Shown: positions 1-8,564, counted from the stretch's first letter. The stretch: 37,545 nt of DNA from Candidatus Dormiibacterota bacterium (GCA_036570145.1 DATCPJ010000013.1:1-37545); one strand, 5' to 3'. The notes: generated by a model from the letters alone, not told the origin. Numbers and translations: made by a program.

Positions 1-389
1 CCCGCCTCGGGGTCGGCCTGACCCTGTTCTTGAGCTCACTAATGGGCGGCCTGTTCATGGCGACCGTGCTCGCCGGGTACACCAATGCGCCGGTCTTCCT
101 GAGCATCCTCTTCTTCGTCGAGTTCCTGCTCGGCGCGCCCTACAACATCACCCAGGTGAGCCTCCGCCAGGCGATCACCCCCGACCGCGTCCAGGGCCGC
201 ATGAACGCGACCATGCGGACCATCGTCTGGGGCACGATCCCGATCGGCTCGCTGCTCGGCGGCATCCTCGCCGGCGTCATCGGGGTGGCGCCCACGATCG
301 TCCTCGGCGGCTTGATCACGATGCTGTCCGCCGGCTGGATCCTCGCCGGCCCGATCCGGATCAAGGTCCAGCCGGAGCCCGTCGGCTAG
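1..389 (+). CDS. MFS-type transporter, C-terminal fragment (5' end outside window; first full codon at 3)
   Basis: The frame is open from the window edge to TAG at 387-389. The translation gives three hydrophobic helices and a charged loop (LRQAITPDRVQGRMNA) of the MFS inter-helix type, with high GC3. Confidence 0.55.
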   Translation, partial: RLGVGLTLFLSSLMGGLFMATVLAGYTNAPVFLSILFFVEFLLGAPYNITQVSLRQAITPDRVQGRMNATMRTIVWGTIPIGSLLGGILAGVIGVAPTIVLGGLITMLSAGWILAGPIRIKVQPEPVG

Positions 390-886
390 CTCCCCACCCA
401 AGCCGGGAGGTCGAGGGCCTTCCGGATCGTCGCCAGGTGGCTCGCCACGTGGCGGTGGCCGAGCTGGGCGTAGGCGGCGACTGTCATCTCGCGGCCGGCG
501 CCGCGATGGAAGGCCTTCCTCGCCAGCTCCTCGTCGCTGAGCTCCGCGATCCGGGCGCAGAGCCGGTCACCGTTCTCGACCAGGAGCTGGACCGTCTCCT
601 CCCTCTCCACGTCGTGGTAGGTGGCCGCGTGCTCGGCGTTCTCGGCGTTGATGTCGTCGATGGTGATCGTGACCTCGTTGCCGGAGAGCGTCGTCTCCAG
701 CCACTCTCCCGTGTTGAGGTGGCCGTGGCCGACGTGGTGGGCGATCACGGCAACGGTGCGGTTGTCGCCCTCGTCGTTGCACAGGGTCCGCCACTGCTCC
801 TCCGAGCAGCCCTGGACGAGCTGGATCAGCTCGAGGTTGATCGCCTCGAGAGAGCCGGCCAGCTCGCGCGCCTGCAGCGAGACCAC
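386..886 (-). CDS. DinB-fold (DinB/mycothiol maleylpyruvate isomerase N-terminal-like) protein
   Basis: 166 aa with a GTG start. It reads as a four-helix pattern with His-rich metal-site motifs (AVIAHHVGHGH ... HRHVASH) typical of the DinB superfamily. Confidence 0.6.
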   Translation of the reverse strand: MVSLQARELAGSLEAINLELIQLVQGCSEEQWRTLCNDEGDNRTVAVIAHHVGHGHLNTGEWLETTLSGNEVTITIDDINAENAEHAATYHDVEREETVQLLVENGDRLCARIAELSDEELARKAFHRGAGREMTVAAYAQLGHRHVASHLATIRKALDLPAWVGS

Positions 887-895
887 GCCGTCACT

Positions 896-1324
896 TTAGG
901 GACGCAGGTAGGCGATCGTGGCCCGCGCCTCGGCGACCACCTTGCCGGACTGGGTCAGCGTCGCCGAGCAGTAGGCGAGCCGGCGGGTGCGGTGGCGGCA
1001 CTCGCCTGACGCAAGCACCGGGACGCCGGGCTGGGTCGGGCGGAAGAACTCGACCCGCAGGTCGGCGGTCGTGCACAGTTCGCCCTCCTCGGCGGCGGTG
1101 ACGGCGGCACAGGCGAGGGCGCAGTCGGCGATCGTGGCAACCGCTCCGCCGTGGACGATCGGCCCGTTGGGGCCGGCAAAGCCGTGGGCGGCCGCGGTGG
1201 GGTTCGCCTCCAGCTCGACCGTCCGCTCGCCCACCCGGGTGACCCGGATGCCCAGGTTTGCGTACATGCCACTCTCCGGCTCAAAGGCACCGAGCTGCCG
1301 GAGCAGGTCCTCGCCGTAGCTCAC
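896..1324 (-). CDS. PaaI/4HBT-family hotdog thioesterase
   Basis: This is the C-terminal 142 codons of ORF 896..2389. It contains GPIVHGGAVATIADCA, the PaaI-type active-site region. The GTG start at 1322-1324 overlaps the upstream TGA (1321-1323) as GTGA. The upstream part of the long ORF is Arg-rich shadow sequence. Confidence 0.75.
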   Translation of the reverse strand: MSYGEDLLRQLGAFEPESGMYANLGIRVTRVGERTVELEANPTAAAHGFAGPNGPIVHGGAVATIADCALACAAVTAAEEGELCTTADLRVEFFRPTQPGVPVLASGECRHRTRRLAYCSATLTQSGKVVAEARATIAYLRP

Positions 1325-2427
1325 CGGGTGCGCGACCGCCGGCGCCGGCGCGAGTAGAGGTAGAGGGCCGCCGCCGCGACCAGGCCCACGCCGTAGGGCA
1401 GGTAGGTGAAGAGGCCGCCGCGGCCTGCCGTGCCGAGCTTGCCCTCGGGCAGCGGCCGCGGCGCCGGCGTGGGATGGTCGGCGACGAGCAGCAGGTGGCC
1501 TTCGATGTGAGCCGCCGCCGTCGCCTGCCCCAGGCGGCGCACGCTGCCGCAGCTGCCGTCGGAGGCGCAGCGGACGACGATGGTGGCGCCGCCGCCCTCG
1601 GCGGCGACCAGCAGGTCGCCCTCCAGGACTCCTTCCGTCCCCAGCTCGGCGGCGGTGATGCGGAGCACGGTATCCGTGCCGGCATGGGCGTTGTTGGCCG
1701 TGGCCCGGTCGGCCAGGTAGGCGGCGCCGCCCCGCAGGAAGCCGCGGGGCACGAAACCGGCCGACTCGACGCCGATGTCGCCGCCGACCGGTAGGCCGGC
1801 ACGCGCTAGCACCTGGCTGGTCCCTTCCGCGGTCACCGCGATGATGTCGCCGGAAAGCTCGTCCGGCACGATGAGGTCCCCGCCAAAAGCGCCGAAGGTG
1901 GGCGGCGCAACCTCCATCCCGCCTTCCATGCGCGGGGCGGCAGTGGTGACCACCGACACCTTCCCGTTGCAGTCGATCGCGTCGACGACGGTCTGGCCGG
2001 CGTGGGGCCCGATCACCAGCAGCCGGTTGCCGAAGCGGCCGAAGCGGTCGAAGGCGATCCCGCTCAGGGTGTCGACGCCGGAGATCGCCGCGAAGGTGCT
2101 GGATCCGCCGCCGACGAGGTCCACGGCAATCACGGCGGGCGGCGAGGTGGTCTTGAGCAGGTACACGGCAGGGGTCGGAAACGAGCAGCCGGCCCCGGTC
2201 ACGGTGAGTCCCGGCGAGAGGGCGAGGTACGGCTCCGCCCCCGCCGCCGTTGCGGGGACGTCGACCCGCGCCGCGAAGAGCTGGCCGGTGGACGGTGCCA
2301 GCTCGTAGAGGCCCTTCTCGGTCGCCAGCAGCAGGTTGCCGTCGGGCAACGGCCCGGTGACGTCGAAGACTCCGGGAACGTGCTGCCACTGCTGCCAGGC
2401 AAGGTCGCCCCTGGCTACGGCGGGCAA
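1321..2427 (-). CDS. hypothetical exported protein, beta-rich, with a C-terminal Pro-rich linker, hydrophobic anchor and poly-Arg tail
   Basis: 368 aa from TTG at 2427, with high GC3. The C-terminus is HPTPAPRPLPEGKLGTAGRGG-LFTYLPYGVGLVAAAALYLY-SRRRRRSRTR. An in-frame signal-peptide-like segment lies upstream of the TTG (see findings), so the true 5' end is uncertain. Confidence 0.55.
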   Translation of the reverse strand: MPAVARGDLAWQQWQHVPGVFDVTGPLPDGNLLLATEKGLYELAPSTGQLFAARVDVPATAAGAEPYLALSPGLTVTGAGCSFPTPAVYLLKTTSPPAVIAVDLVGGGSSTFAAISGVDTLSGIAFDRFGRFGNRLLVIGPHAGQTVVDAIDCNGKVSVVTTAAPRMEGGMEVAPPTFGAFGGDLIVPDELSGDIIAVTAEGTSQVLARAGLPVGGDIGVESAGFVPRGFLRGGAAYLADRATANNAHAGTDTVLRITAAELGTEGVLEGDLLVAAEGGGATIVVRCASDGSCGSVRRLGQATAAAHIEGHLLLVADHPTPAPRPLPEGKLGTAGRGGLFTYLPYGVGLVAAAALYLYSRRRRRSRTR

Positions 2428-2496
2428 TGGTGAGAGCAGGAAGGCCGCCAGCAGGGCGGCGCCGAGCCGGTGGATCGCCTCAGTCTAAGTCGCGGC

Positions 2497-4641
2497 CTAC
2501 GGCGTGGCCGCTGCGGTCGGCGATGGTGCGGCCGTCGGCGATGGGGCCGGCGGCGAGGGGAGGATCGACGGCACGCTGGTGGGGGAGGGCACCGGCTCGA
2601 TCGGAGTCGGTGTCGGCGATGACGACGCCGTCGGCGAGGGCGACGGCTCGAGCCCGTTGCAGCTCATGTGGTCGGTGCCGGTGAGGAAGATGTCGGGGGT
2701 TCCGTCGCAGGCCTTGCCGTCGACAATCCCGTCCGGGCGCTTGATGAAGCCGTTGTACTCCGCCGGAAGGCCGTTGACGAAGTACCGCATGATCGTGTCG
2801 CCGACCAGCTCCCCGTAGGCGTTGATGTTGCCGCCGGCCCCGTTCGCCCCGGTGTTGCCGACCCAGGAACCGGCGGCGATGTTGGCGTTGTAGGCGAGGA
2901 TCCAGGCGTCCCGGGTCTGGTTGTTGGTCGCGCCGGTGGTGCCGGTCTTGGAGGCCATCTGCTTGTTCCAGCCAAGGTGCCACTGGTTCTGGTAGTCCTT
3001 CAGGATGTCGGTGATCAGGTACGCCTCGGCCGGCGTCAGCACCTGCTGCTTGCCATCCTGGCTGCCGGGCTTGGTCTCGCTGAGCAGGTTGCCGTGGCTG
3101 TCGGTGATCTTGAGGATCGACATCAGCGGCAGCTTGGTCCCCTGGTTGGCGAAGGTCGCGAAGCCCTGGACGTGGTCGTAAAGGGTGACGTCGCTGCCGC
3201 CGATGGCGGTGTTGGGTCCAGTATCGAGCTTGGTCGTGATCCCCATCGCGTGGGCGAGGTTGTCGACGTTCGCCATCCCCTCTTTCACGCCGGTCTCGAC
3301 GGCGGGCACGTTGCGCGAGAGGACGAGCGCTTTGCGGGCTGTCATCTTGCCCATGAACTTGCCGTCGAAGTCCTTCGGCTGGTAGTTGCCCTCGAAGGTC
3401 TGCGGCGTGTCGTCGACGGTGCTGCCGGGCGCCAGCTTGTGGTCCTTGAAGGCCGCCTCGTAGACGTAGGGCTTGAAGGACGAGCCGGGCTGGCGCTTGG
3501 AGAGGACCACGTTGACCTGGCCGCCGATCTGGTCGTTGTAGTAATCGGCCGATCCGACCCAGGCGAGAACCTCGCCCGTGCTCGGCTTGACGGCCAGAAA
3601 GTCGGCGTTGTTGACGCCGTCGGCGGATAGGTCCTTCACGCCCTGGGTGACCGAGTCGGTGGCCAACTTCTGAATGTCGAGGTCGAGGCTCGTGTAGACG
3701 TTGAAGCCGCCCTGCTGGACGGCGGCCGAGCCGTAGTCCGCCTCGAGGCGCGTGATCACGTAGTCCACGAAGTGGGGCGCCTTCGATTGCCGGGCGGCCG
3801 AGTTGTACTTGAGCTGGCCCTTGATGTCCTCCGCCTCCGCCTTCGACGCCTCGGCCGAGCTGAGGGCCCCGGTCGCGACCATCCCGTGGAGCACGTAGAC
3901 CTGGCGCTGCCGGGCGAGGTCGAAGTGCGTCTGGGGGTCGTAGGCGACCGGGGCCTGGATCAGGCCCGCCAGGAAGGCCGCCTGTGCGGGTGTCAGGTCC
4001 TTGGCATCCTTTGCGAAGTAGGTCTGGCTGGCGGCGCCGAGGCCGTAGGCGTTGTGCCCGTAATAGATGCGGTTCAGGTACATCTCGAGGATCTGGTCCT
4101 TCGAATAGCGAGCCTGGAGACCTTCCGCGAGGACCGCTTCCTGGATCTTGCGGAAGATCGACCGCTGGGGCGTCAGGAGCTGGATCTTGATCAGCTGCTG
4201 AGTGATCGTGCTGCCGCCTTGCTGGACGCGGCCGGAGGTGATGTCGACGAAGGCCGCCCGGAGCGTCGCGCCCCAGTTGATCGCGCCCTCGCTGTAGAAG
4301 CTCCGGTCCTCCGCCGCGAGCGTGGCCGCGGGTCCGTACTTGCCCATCTCCTTGAGGGTCAGGATCTTGTGGTACTGGCCCTGCGGGTTGCGCTGCTCGA
4401 TCTCCCGGCCCTTGCGGTCGTAGACCGTGATGGTGTTGGCGAGCACGTCCTGCCGGCCCGGGTCTGGAAGGTCGCGGAGCGTGTAGAGGACGTACGCGCC
4501 CAAGATCAGGAGAAGCGCCAGGGCGGCGATGGTCGCCTTACCCCAGCGGCTTGCCAGCCAGGTCCTGAAGTCGAAGCCGCCGCCCCGCCTGCCGCCCGAG
4601 CCCGGCCCGGCCGAAGCCCTCGCCCTTATCGGCTCCTGCAA
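2497..4641 (-). CDS. class A penicillin-binding protein (GT51 transglycosylase plus transpeptidase)
   Basis: 714 aa. GT51 motifs are EDRSFY, GGSTITQQL and RKIQE. Transpeptidase motifs are SSFKP (SxxK), SRN and KTGT. There is an N-terminal TM anchor and a Pro/Ser/Thr-rich C-terminal tail. The TTG start is preceded by GAGGAG at about 6 nt. Confidence 0.9.
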   Translation of the reverse strand: MQEPIRARASAGPGSGGRRGGGFDFRTWLASRWGKATIAALALLLILGAYVLYTLRDLPDPGRQDVLANTITVYDRKGREIEQRNPQGQYHKILTLKEMGKYGPAATLAAEDRSFYSEGAINWGATLRAAFVDITSGRVQQGGSTITQQLIKIQLLTPQRSIFRKIQEAVLAEGLQARYSKDQILEMYLNRIYYGHNAYGLGAASQTYFAKDAKDLTPAQAAFLAGLIQAPVAYDPQTHFDLARQRQVYVLHGMVATGALSSAEASKAEAEDIKGQLKYNSAARQSKAPHFVDYVITRLEADYGSAAVQQGGFNVYTSLDLDIQKLATDSVTQGVKDLSADGVNNADFLAVKPSTGEVLAWVGSADYYNDQIGGQVNVVLSKRQPGSSFKPYVYEAAFKDHKLAPGSTVDDTPQTFEGNYQPKDFDGKFMGKMTARKALVLSRNVPAVETGVKEGMANVDNLAHAMGITTKLDTGPNTAIGGSDVTLYDHVQGFATFANQGTKLPLMSILKITDSHGNLLSETKPGSQDGKQQVLTPAEAYLITDILKDYQNQWHLGWNKQMASKTGTTGATNNQTRDAWILAYNANIAAGSWVGNTGANGAGGNINAYGELVGDTIMRYFVNGLPAEYNGFIKRPDGIVDGKACDGTPDIFLTGTDHMSCNGLEPSPSPTASSSPTPTPIEPVPSPTSVPSILPSPPAPSPTAAPSPTAAATP

Positions 4642-4741
4642 CTCAGTCTCCTCGGCCCCCTCGCGGCTTCACCGATCGGATGCCTCTCCGGCGGCGAACT
4701 CACCATGAGCACACCAAGGAAAACTGATAGCGCACACGCAT

Positions 4742-4993
4742 ATGTTATCTACTGTTGCGATGCGGGTGCCCAGTCCGGACCCGGGGATCTGCGCCGCGTG
4801 CGAGCACGGGCGTCAATTGGCCGGTGCCCGATCGACGTTCTGGCTCTGCGGACTGTCCGCCTCGGACCCGTCGTTTCCCCGCTACCCGCGACTTCCCGTG
4901 CGGGAGTGCCGGGGCTTCACGCCGTCGGCGCCCCCAGGCCCCCCGACTCCAGCGGGATCGCCTCCTGCGGGCCCGGCCAGGGAGGGCTCGTGA
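4742..4993 (+). CDS. candidate small 4-Cys protein (CxxC ... C ... C)
   Basis: The 83-aa ORF has the core ICAACEHGRQLAGARSTFWLCGLSASDPSFPRYPRLPVRECRGF. This resembles a conserved small Cys-rich family as I recall it (recollection only). The start could instead be ATG at 4760. The Pro-rich tail overlaps the convergent cupin gene. Confidence 0.35.
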   Translation: MLSTVAMRVPSPDPGICAACEHGRQLAGARSTFWLCGLSASDPSFPRYPRLPVRECRGFTPSAPPGPPTPAGSPPAGPAREGS

Positions 4994-5294
4994 AGCAGAC
5001 GAAGCGCAGCCCAGCCTGGGGATCGGCCGCGAACTGGAAGGCCCAGCCGGTCGGGATCCGGAGCGCGTCGCCGGGCCGGATGATGACGATCTCGCCCTGC
5101 GGATCGCCGGGTGCGCTGCGCCAGACCCGCCCGCCGCCGCCGGTCACATACCAGATCTCCTCGACCGTCCGATGACGTACCGGTCGGGAGACGAGGCCGG
5201 CCGCGAGCCGCACCTCGACCAGGCTCGCCCGCTCCGCCTCGCCGACCAGGTGATAGATCTCGGAGCCGTCCGGCGCGATCGCATCGGGGCCCAT
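4917..5294 (-). CDS. cupin-domain protein
   Basis: 125 aa with two cupin-like motifs, HRTVEEIWYVTGGGG and GDALRIPTGWAFQF. Confidence 0.7.
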   Translation of the reverse strand: MGPDAIAPDGSEIYHLVGEAERASLVEVRLAAGLVSRPVRHRTVEEIWYVTGGGGRVWRSAPGDPQGEIVIIRPGDALRIPTGWAFQFAADPQAGLRFVCFTSPPWPGPQEAIPLESGGLGAPTA

Positions 5295-5323
5295 CGGCGA
5301 GGAATCCTAATCGGGACCCTGGT

Positions 5324-6013
5324 TCAGCTGCCGGGGCGTTGGTTCTTCGGGGGGACCGGGTAGGTCTGGTCGGTGAAGATGACGTAGCGGCGAGTGGCGA
5401 AGGCGCCCGCCCAAGTCGGCCAGCAGGTCGTCAGGGTGAGGTGGCGGCCCGGTCCCTGGACAACGATCGTGCGGTCGTCAGGCTGCACGATCCGGGTGCC
5501 CGTCACCGTGTATTTGAAGGTCCCGTAGCGGGTCTCGAGGTCGACCTCGTCGCCCTTGGTCAGCTGGGGGAAGTCGATCCAGTAGACATTGTGGGCCGCG
5601 ACGGCGACCATCCCCGGCTGGCCCGGCCACGGCGTTCCCGGGTAGTGACCCGGCCCGCTGTAGAGGATTGTCGAGTCGACCCCTTCGCGGACCGCCGCGT
5701 AGTAGCCGAGCCGGGGAACGCGGACCGCAAAGTCGACGCCCGCGACCGGCTGCATGAGGTCGGGCTGGGGCTGCTCTGCCGGCACTGCCGGAGGGGGAGC
5801 CTGGGCCAGCTGCTGGCGCCAGCCGTCCGTCAGCTGCCGCTGGCTGAGGACGCCATCGGCCATCCCGTAGGCGAAGCTGGCGAGGAGCAGCAGGCCGGTC
5901 AGCAGGCAGACCAGGCTGAGGAGGCACAGCGCCCGGTCGGCGCGCCTGCCACGGCCCCAACTGCTTGCGCCGCCCTTTTCGCCCCGGGTTTTCCGGCCGA
6001 TCGCCGTAGCCAA
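5324..6013 (-). CDS. sortase-family transpeptidase
   Basis: 229 aa with an N-terminal TM anchor. It has a catalytic His context (VAVAAHN), the TLxTC-type active site (HLTLTTCWP) and a downstream Arg (ATRRYVIF). The TTG start is preceded by GGAGGGG. Confidence 0.8.
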   Translation of the reverse strand: MATAIGRKTRGEKGGASSWGRGRRADRALCLLSLVCLLTGLLLLASFAYGMADGVLSQRQLTDGWRQQLAQAPPPAVPAEQPQPDLMQPVAGVDFAVRVPRLGYYAAVREGVDSTILYSGPGHYPGTPWPGQPGMVAVAAHNVYWIDFPQLTKGDEVDLETRYGTFKYTVTGTRIVQPDDRTIVVQGPGRHLTLTTCWPTWAGAFATRRYVIFTDQTYPVPPKNQRPGS

Positions 6014-6073
6014 TACCCCTCCTAGGATAATTTCTGTCAGTCAACGTATCAGACTTTCTACTATCATCAAGCC

Positions 6074-6523
6074 ATGAGACCAATCGAGGAAGAGCGCTGG
6101 GAGCGTGTCGATCGCGAGGTTCCCGCCGATCCGCGACCCGACCCCCTGACAGATCGAACAGCCCGGCCGGTCGAGCCTGCCCACGAGGAGCACTACAGCC
6201 GCGGCACGGTCGTACGCGCGTGGGACCCGCGGGTCGAGCGGGTCATCTGGTTCATCGTCGCCGTGATCGGCTCCCTGATCGCGATCCGCTTCTTCATGAA
6301 GCTGCTCGGGGCCTCCTACCAGGCCGATTTCGTCCGCTTCATGTATGGCGTGACCGGCCCGCTGGTGGCGCCGTTCCGGGGCATCTTCCAATCCAGCGGC
6401 TCGGGGAACTACGTGCTCGAGCCGGAGTCCCTGATCGCAATCGCGATCTACCTGCTGATCGGCTGGGCTGTCGTCGCCCTGATCCGGATCATCAGCACCC
6501 CGAGAACTCGCCCCGTCGTCTGA
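6074..6523 (+). CDS. YggT-family membrane protein with an N-terminal acidic/Pro-rich extension
   Basis: 149 aa. The two-TM YggT-like core is IAIRFFMKLLGA ... FMYGVTGPLVAPFRGIF ... LIAIAIYLLIGW. Confidence 0.65.
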   Translation: MRPIEEERWERVDREVPADPRPDPLTDRTARPVEPAHEEHYSRGTVVRAWDPRVERVIWFIVAVIGSLIAIRFFMKLLGASYQADFVRFMYGVTGPLVAPFRGIFQSSGSGNYVLEPESLIAIAIYLLIGWAVVALIRIISTPRTRPVV

Positions 6524-6875
6524 CCCGGGCGTTACGCGGGAACCAAGGGACCGAGGGCCTCGGCCGTCGCCTAGGTCGGATCAGGGGGCGCCGGTGTCGT
6601 CGCCGGAAGGTCCGGCCCGGGCATTGGTGGTGGCTGCTCGGGAGGCTGAGGAGCGATCGGCGGATCTCTCGGAACCGGTGGCAGGGGAGTCGGTGCGGCC
6701 GGCGGTTTGATCTCGGATCGAGATCGGTAGCTGCTGCCCAATGTGATATCCACCTTATCGCTTCTTTACGTCATCGCAGTCGTTAACTCCCCATAGTCGG
6801 ATTGTCGGCGGTTCTTCAAAGATCCTTACCGCCTGGGCGCAAGCATGCGAGCTTTTCGTCGTCAGCTTCCTCGGC

Positions 6876-7553
6876 ATGACCTCGATACTCAAAGGGCTCG
6901 CGGCCCTCATCGCAGTACTGAGCGTGAACGTGGGCGGTGGCCACGTGAGCGTCGTCAACAGGCCCGTCCAGCACACCGTCACGGTGTCCAAAGCGACCGC
7001 TGACGCGCACACCGACCCGGTCGGAACCGACGCCTACACAATGCGCGGACGCACCCAGGTGACGATCATCCCGCCAACGCCGGCTCCCGATGAGGCGCCG
7101 GCCGACCAGTCGCCGGCCGCCAATCAGCCCCTCGCCCAGCTGCCGATCGCGGCGCCCCGTCCCGCCCCGCGGCCTGCCGCGCCGCCGGCGATCGTCGTCG
7201 GCTCGACCCAGCAGGCGCTGATCAACCAGGACCGCGCCGCCGCCGGCCTGGGACCCCTGAACTGGAGCTCCTGCCTCGCCGGCATCGCCTACCAGAACGC
7301 CCTCCGGATGGCCAACGCGGGTGCCATCTCCCATGCCGGCGGCGCCAACGCGGACCTCGGCTGCGGCCTCGGCAACCAGGGCGGCGAGAACGTCGGCTAC
7401 TGGTCGGGCGGTATCAACGACTCGCAGCTGAACACGATGTTCATGAACAGCGCCGGCCACCGGGCGAACATCATGGGCCCCTACCACTACGTCGGGACCT
7501 CCTGGGTCAGGGCCGCCAACGGCTACGGCTACATCGCGGTGGAGTTCAGCTAG
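6876..7553 (+). CDS. secreted CAP/SCP (YkwD-like) domain protein
   Basis: 225 aa with a signal-like N-terminus (LAALIAVLSV), a Pro/Ala-rich linker, and a C-terminal CAP domain with GENV...MNSAGHRANIM...YVG motifs. Confidence 0.8.
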   Translation: MTSILKGLAALIAVLSVNVGGGHVSVVNRPVQHTVTVSKATADAHTDPVGTDAYTMRGRTQVTIIPPTPAPDEAPADQSPAANQPLAQLPIAAPRPAPRPAAPPAIVVGSTQQALINQDRAAAGLGPLNWSSCLAGIAYQNALRMANAGAISHAGGANADLGCGLGNQGGENVGYWSGGINDSQLNTMFMNSAGHRANIMGPYHYVGTSWVRAANGYGYIAVEFS

Positions 7554-7580
7554 ACCCTCGCAGCAGGAACAAATTCGCGA

Positions 7581-7617
7581 GGCGAGACGGGACGGCTCCT
7601 GTCTCGCCTTACTTTTT
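7581..7617 (+). terminator. intrinsic terminator candidate after the CAP-domain gene
   Basis: GGCGAGAC (7581-7588) pairs with GTCTCGCC (7601-7608) around a 12-nt loop. It is followed by TTACTTTTT. Confidence 0.55.
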
Positions 7618-7652
7618 GGCTCCCCGTAGGATGGGTATAGGTAGAGCCAGAA

Positions 7653-8552
7653 ATGGTCAAGCGGATCGGCACCGACTGGGGACTCAACGTCCGGATGATC
7701 CTGACGATGTTTCTGCTCGCCTGCGTCTACCTCGCCTTCATGGGCGCCCTCTGGTACTTCGGGGTCCCAGCCGGGTTCATCGTCGTCATCGCCGGGATCA
7801 TGCTCTTCGCGCAGTACTACTTCTCCGACAAGCTGATCCTGCTCTCGCTCGGCGCCCGCGAGGTCAGCGAGCAGGAGGCGCCCCAGCTGCACGATATGGT
7901 TGGGCGGCTCGCGGCCCTCACCGGCCTGCCCAAGCCGAAGGTCGCCATCATCGAGAGCAACGTCCCCAACGCGCTCGCGACGGGGCGCGACCCGTCGCAC
8001 TCGGTGGTCGCGGTCACCACCGGCATCCTCCAGACCCTCGACAGCGAGGAGATGGAGGCGGTGCTCGCGCACGAGATGAGCCACGTCATCCACCGCGACA
8101 TGCGGGTCATGGCGATGGCCAGCTTCTTCGCCACCGTCGCGTCCTTCATCGTCCAGTCCGGCCTCTGGAGCGGCTTCGGCGGCGGCTACGGGGGCGGTCG
8201 GGATCGCGACCGGGGCAACTCCTTCGTCCTCATCTTCCTGGTCTCGATCGTCGTCTGGGCGATCAGCTTCGTGCTCATCCGCACCCTGAGCCGCTACCGC
8301 GAGTATTCCGCCGATCGTGGCTCGGCGATCATCACCGGCCAACCGTCCAAGCTCGCCTCCGCGCTGGTGAAGATCAGCGGCCGGATGCAGCGGATCCCCG
8401 AGCAGGACCTGCGCCAGGTGGAGGCCGGCAACACGCTGATGTTCTTCCCGGCCATCAGCCGCGGCTCGATCTCGGAGATCTTCTCGACCCATCCATCGCT
8501 GGAGCACCGCCTCGCCAAGCTCCAGGAGATGGAAGCCAACCTGGCCCGGTAG
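7653..8552 (+). CDS. htpX: zinc metalloprotease HtpX (M48 family)
   Basis: 299 aa with four TM segments and an HEMSHV zinc motif. The overall HtpX layout ends in STHPSLEHRL. Confidence 0.9.
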   Translation: MVKRIGTDWGLNVRMILTMFLLACVYLAFMGALWYFGVPAGFIVVIAGIMLFAQYYFSDKLILLSLGAREVSEQEAPQLHDMVGRLAALTGLPKPKVAIIESNVPNALATGRDPSHSVVAVTTGILQTLDSEEMEAVLAHEMSHVIHRDMRVMAMASFFATVASFIVQSGLWSGFGGGYGGGRDRDRGNSFVLIFLVSIVVWAISFVLIRTLSRYREYSADRGSAIITGQPSKLASALVKISGRMQRIPEQDLRQVEAGNTLMFFPAISRGSISEIFSTHPSLEHRLAKLQEMEANLAR

Positions 8553-8564
8553 CAGCAAGAGCGG

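Noticed and set aside
1325-2389. N-terminal extensions of track ORFs: 896..2389, 14514..16049, 15275..17158, 23841..26186, 33080..34828, 36323..37147, 26875..27816 and 34989..35561.
   Set aside because: Family homology begins only at internal GTG or ATG codons, which coincide with stop/start overlaps or Shine-Dalgarno motifs. The extensions are Arg-rich, overlap neighbouring real genes, or run through repeat elements.
6571-6753. A 60-aa proline-rich ORF in the yggT/CAP intergenic region.
   Set aside because: It is low-complexity PPxP sequence with clearly lower GC3 than the real genes. It has no Shine-Dalgarno and no recognisable domain, so it is probably non-coding spacer. I cannot fully exclude a small secreted peptide.
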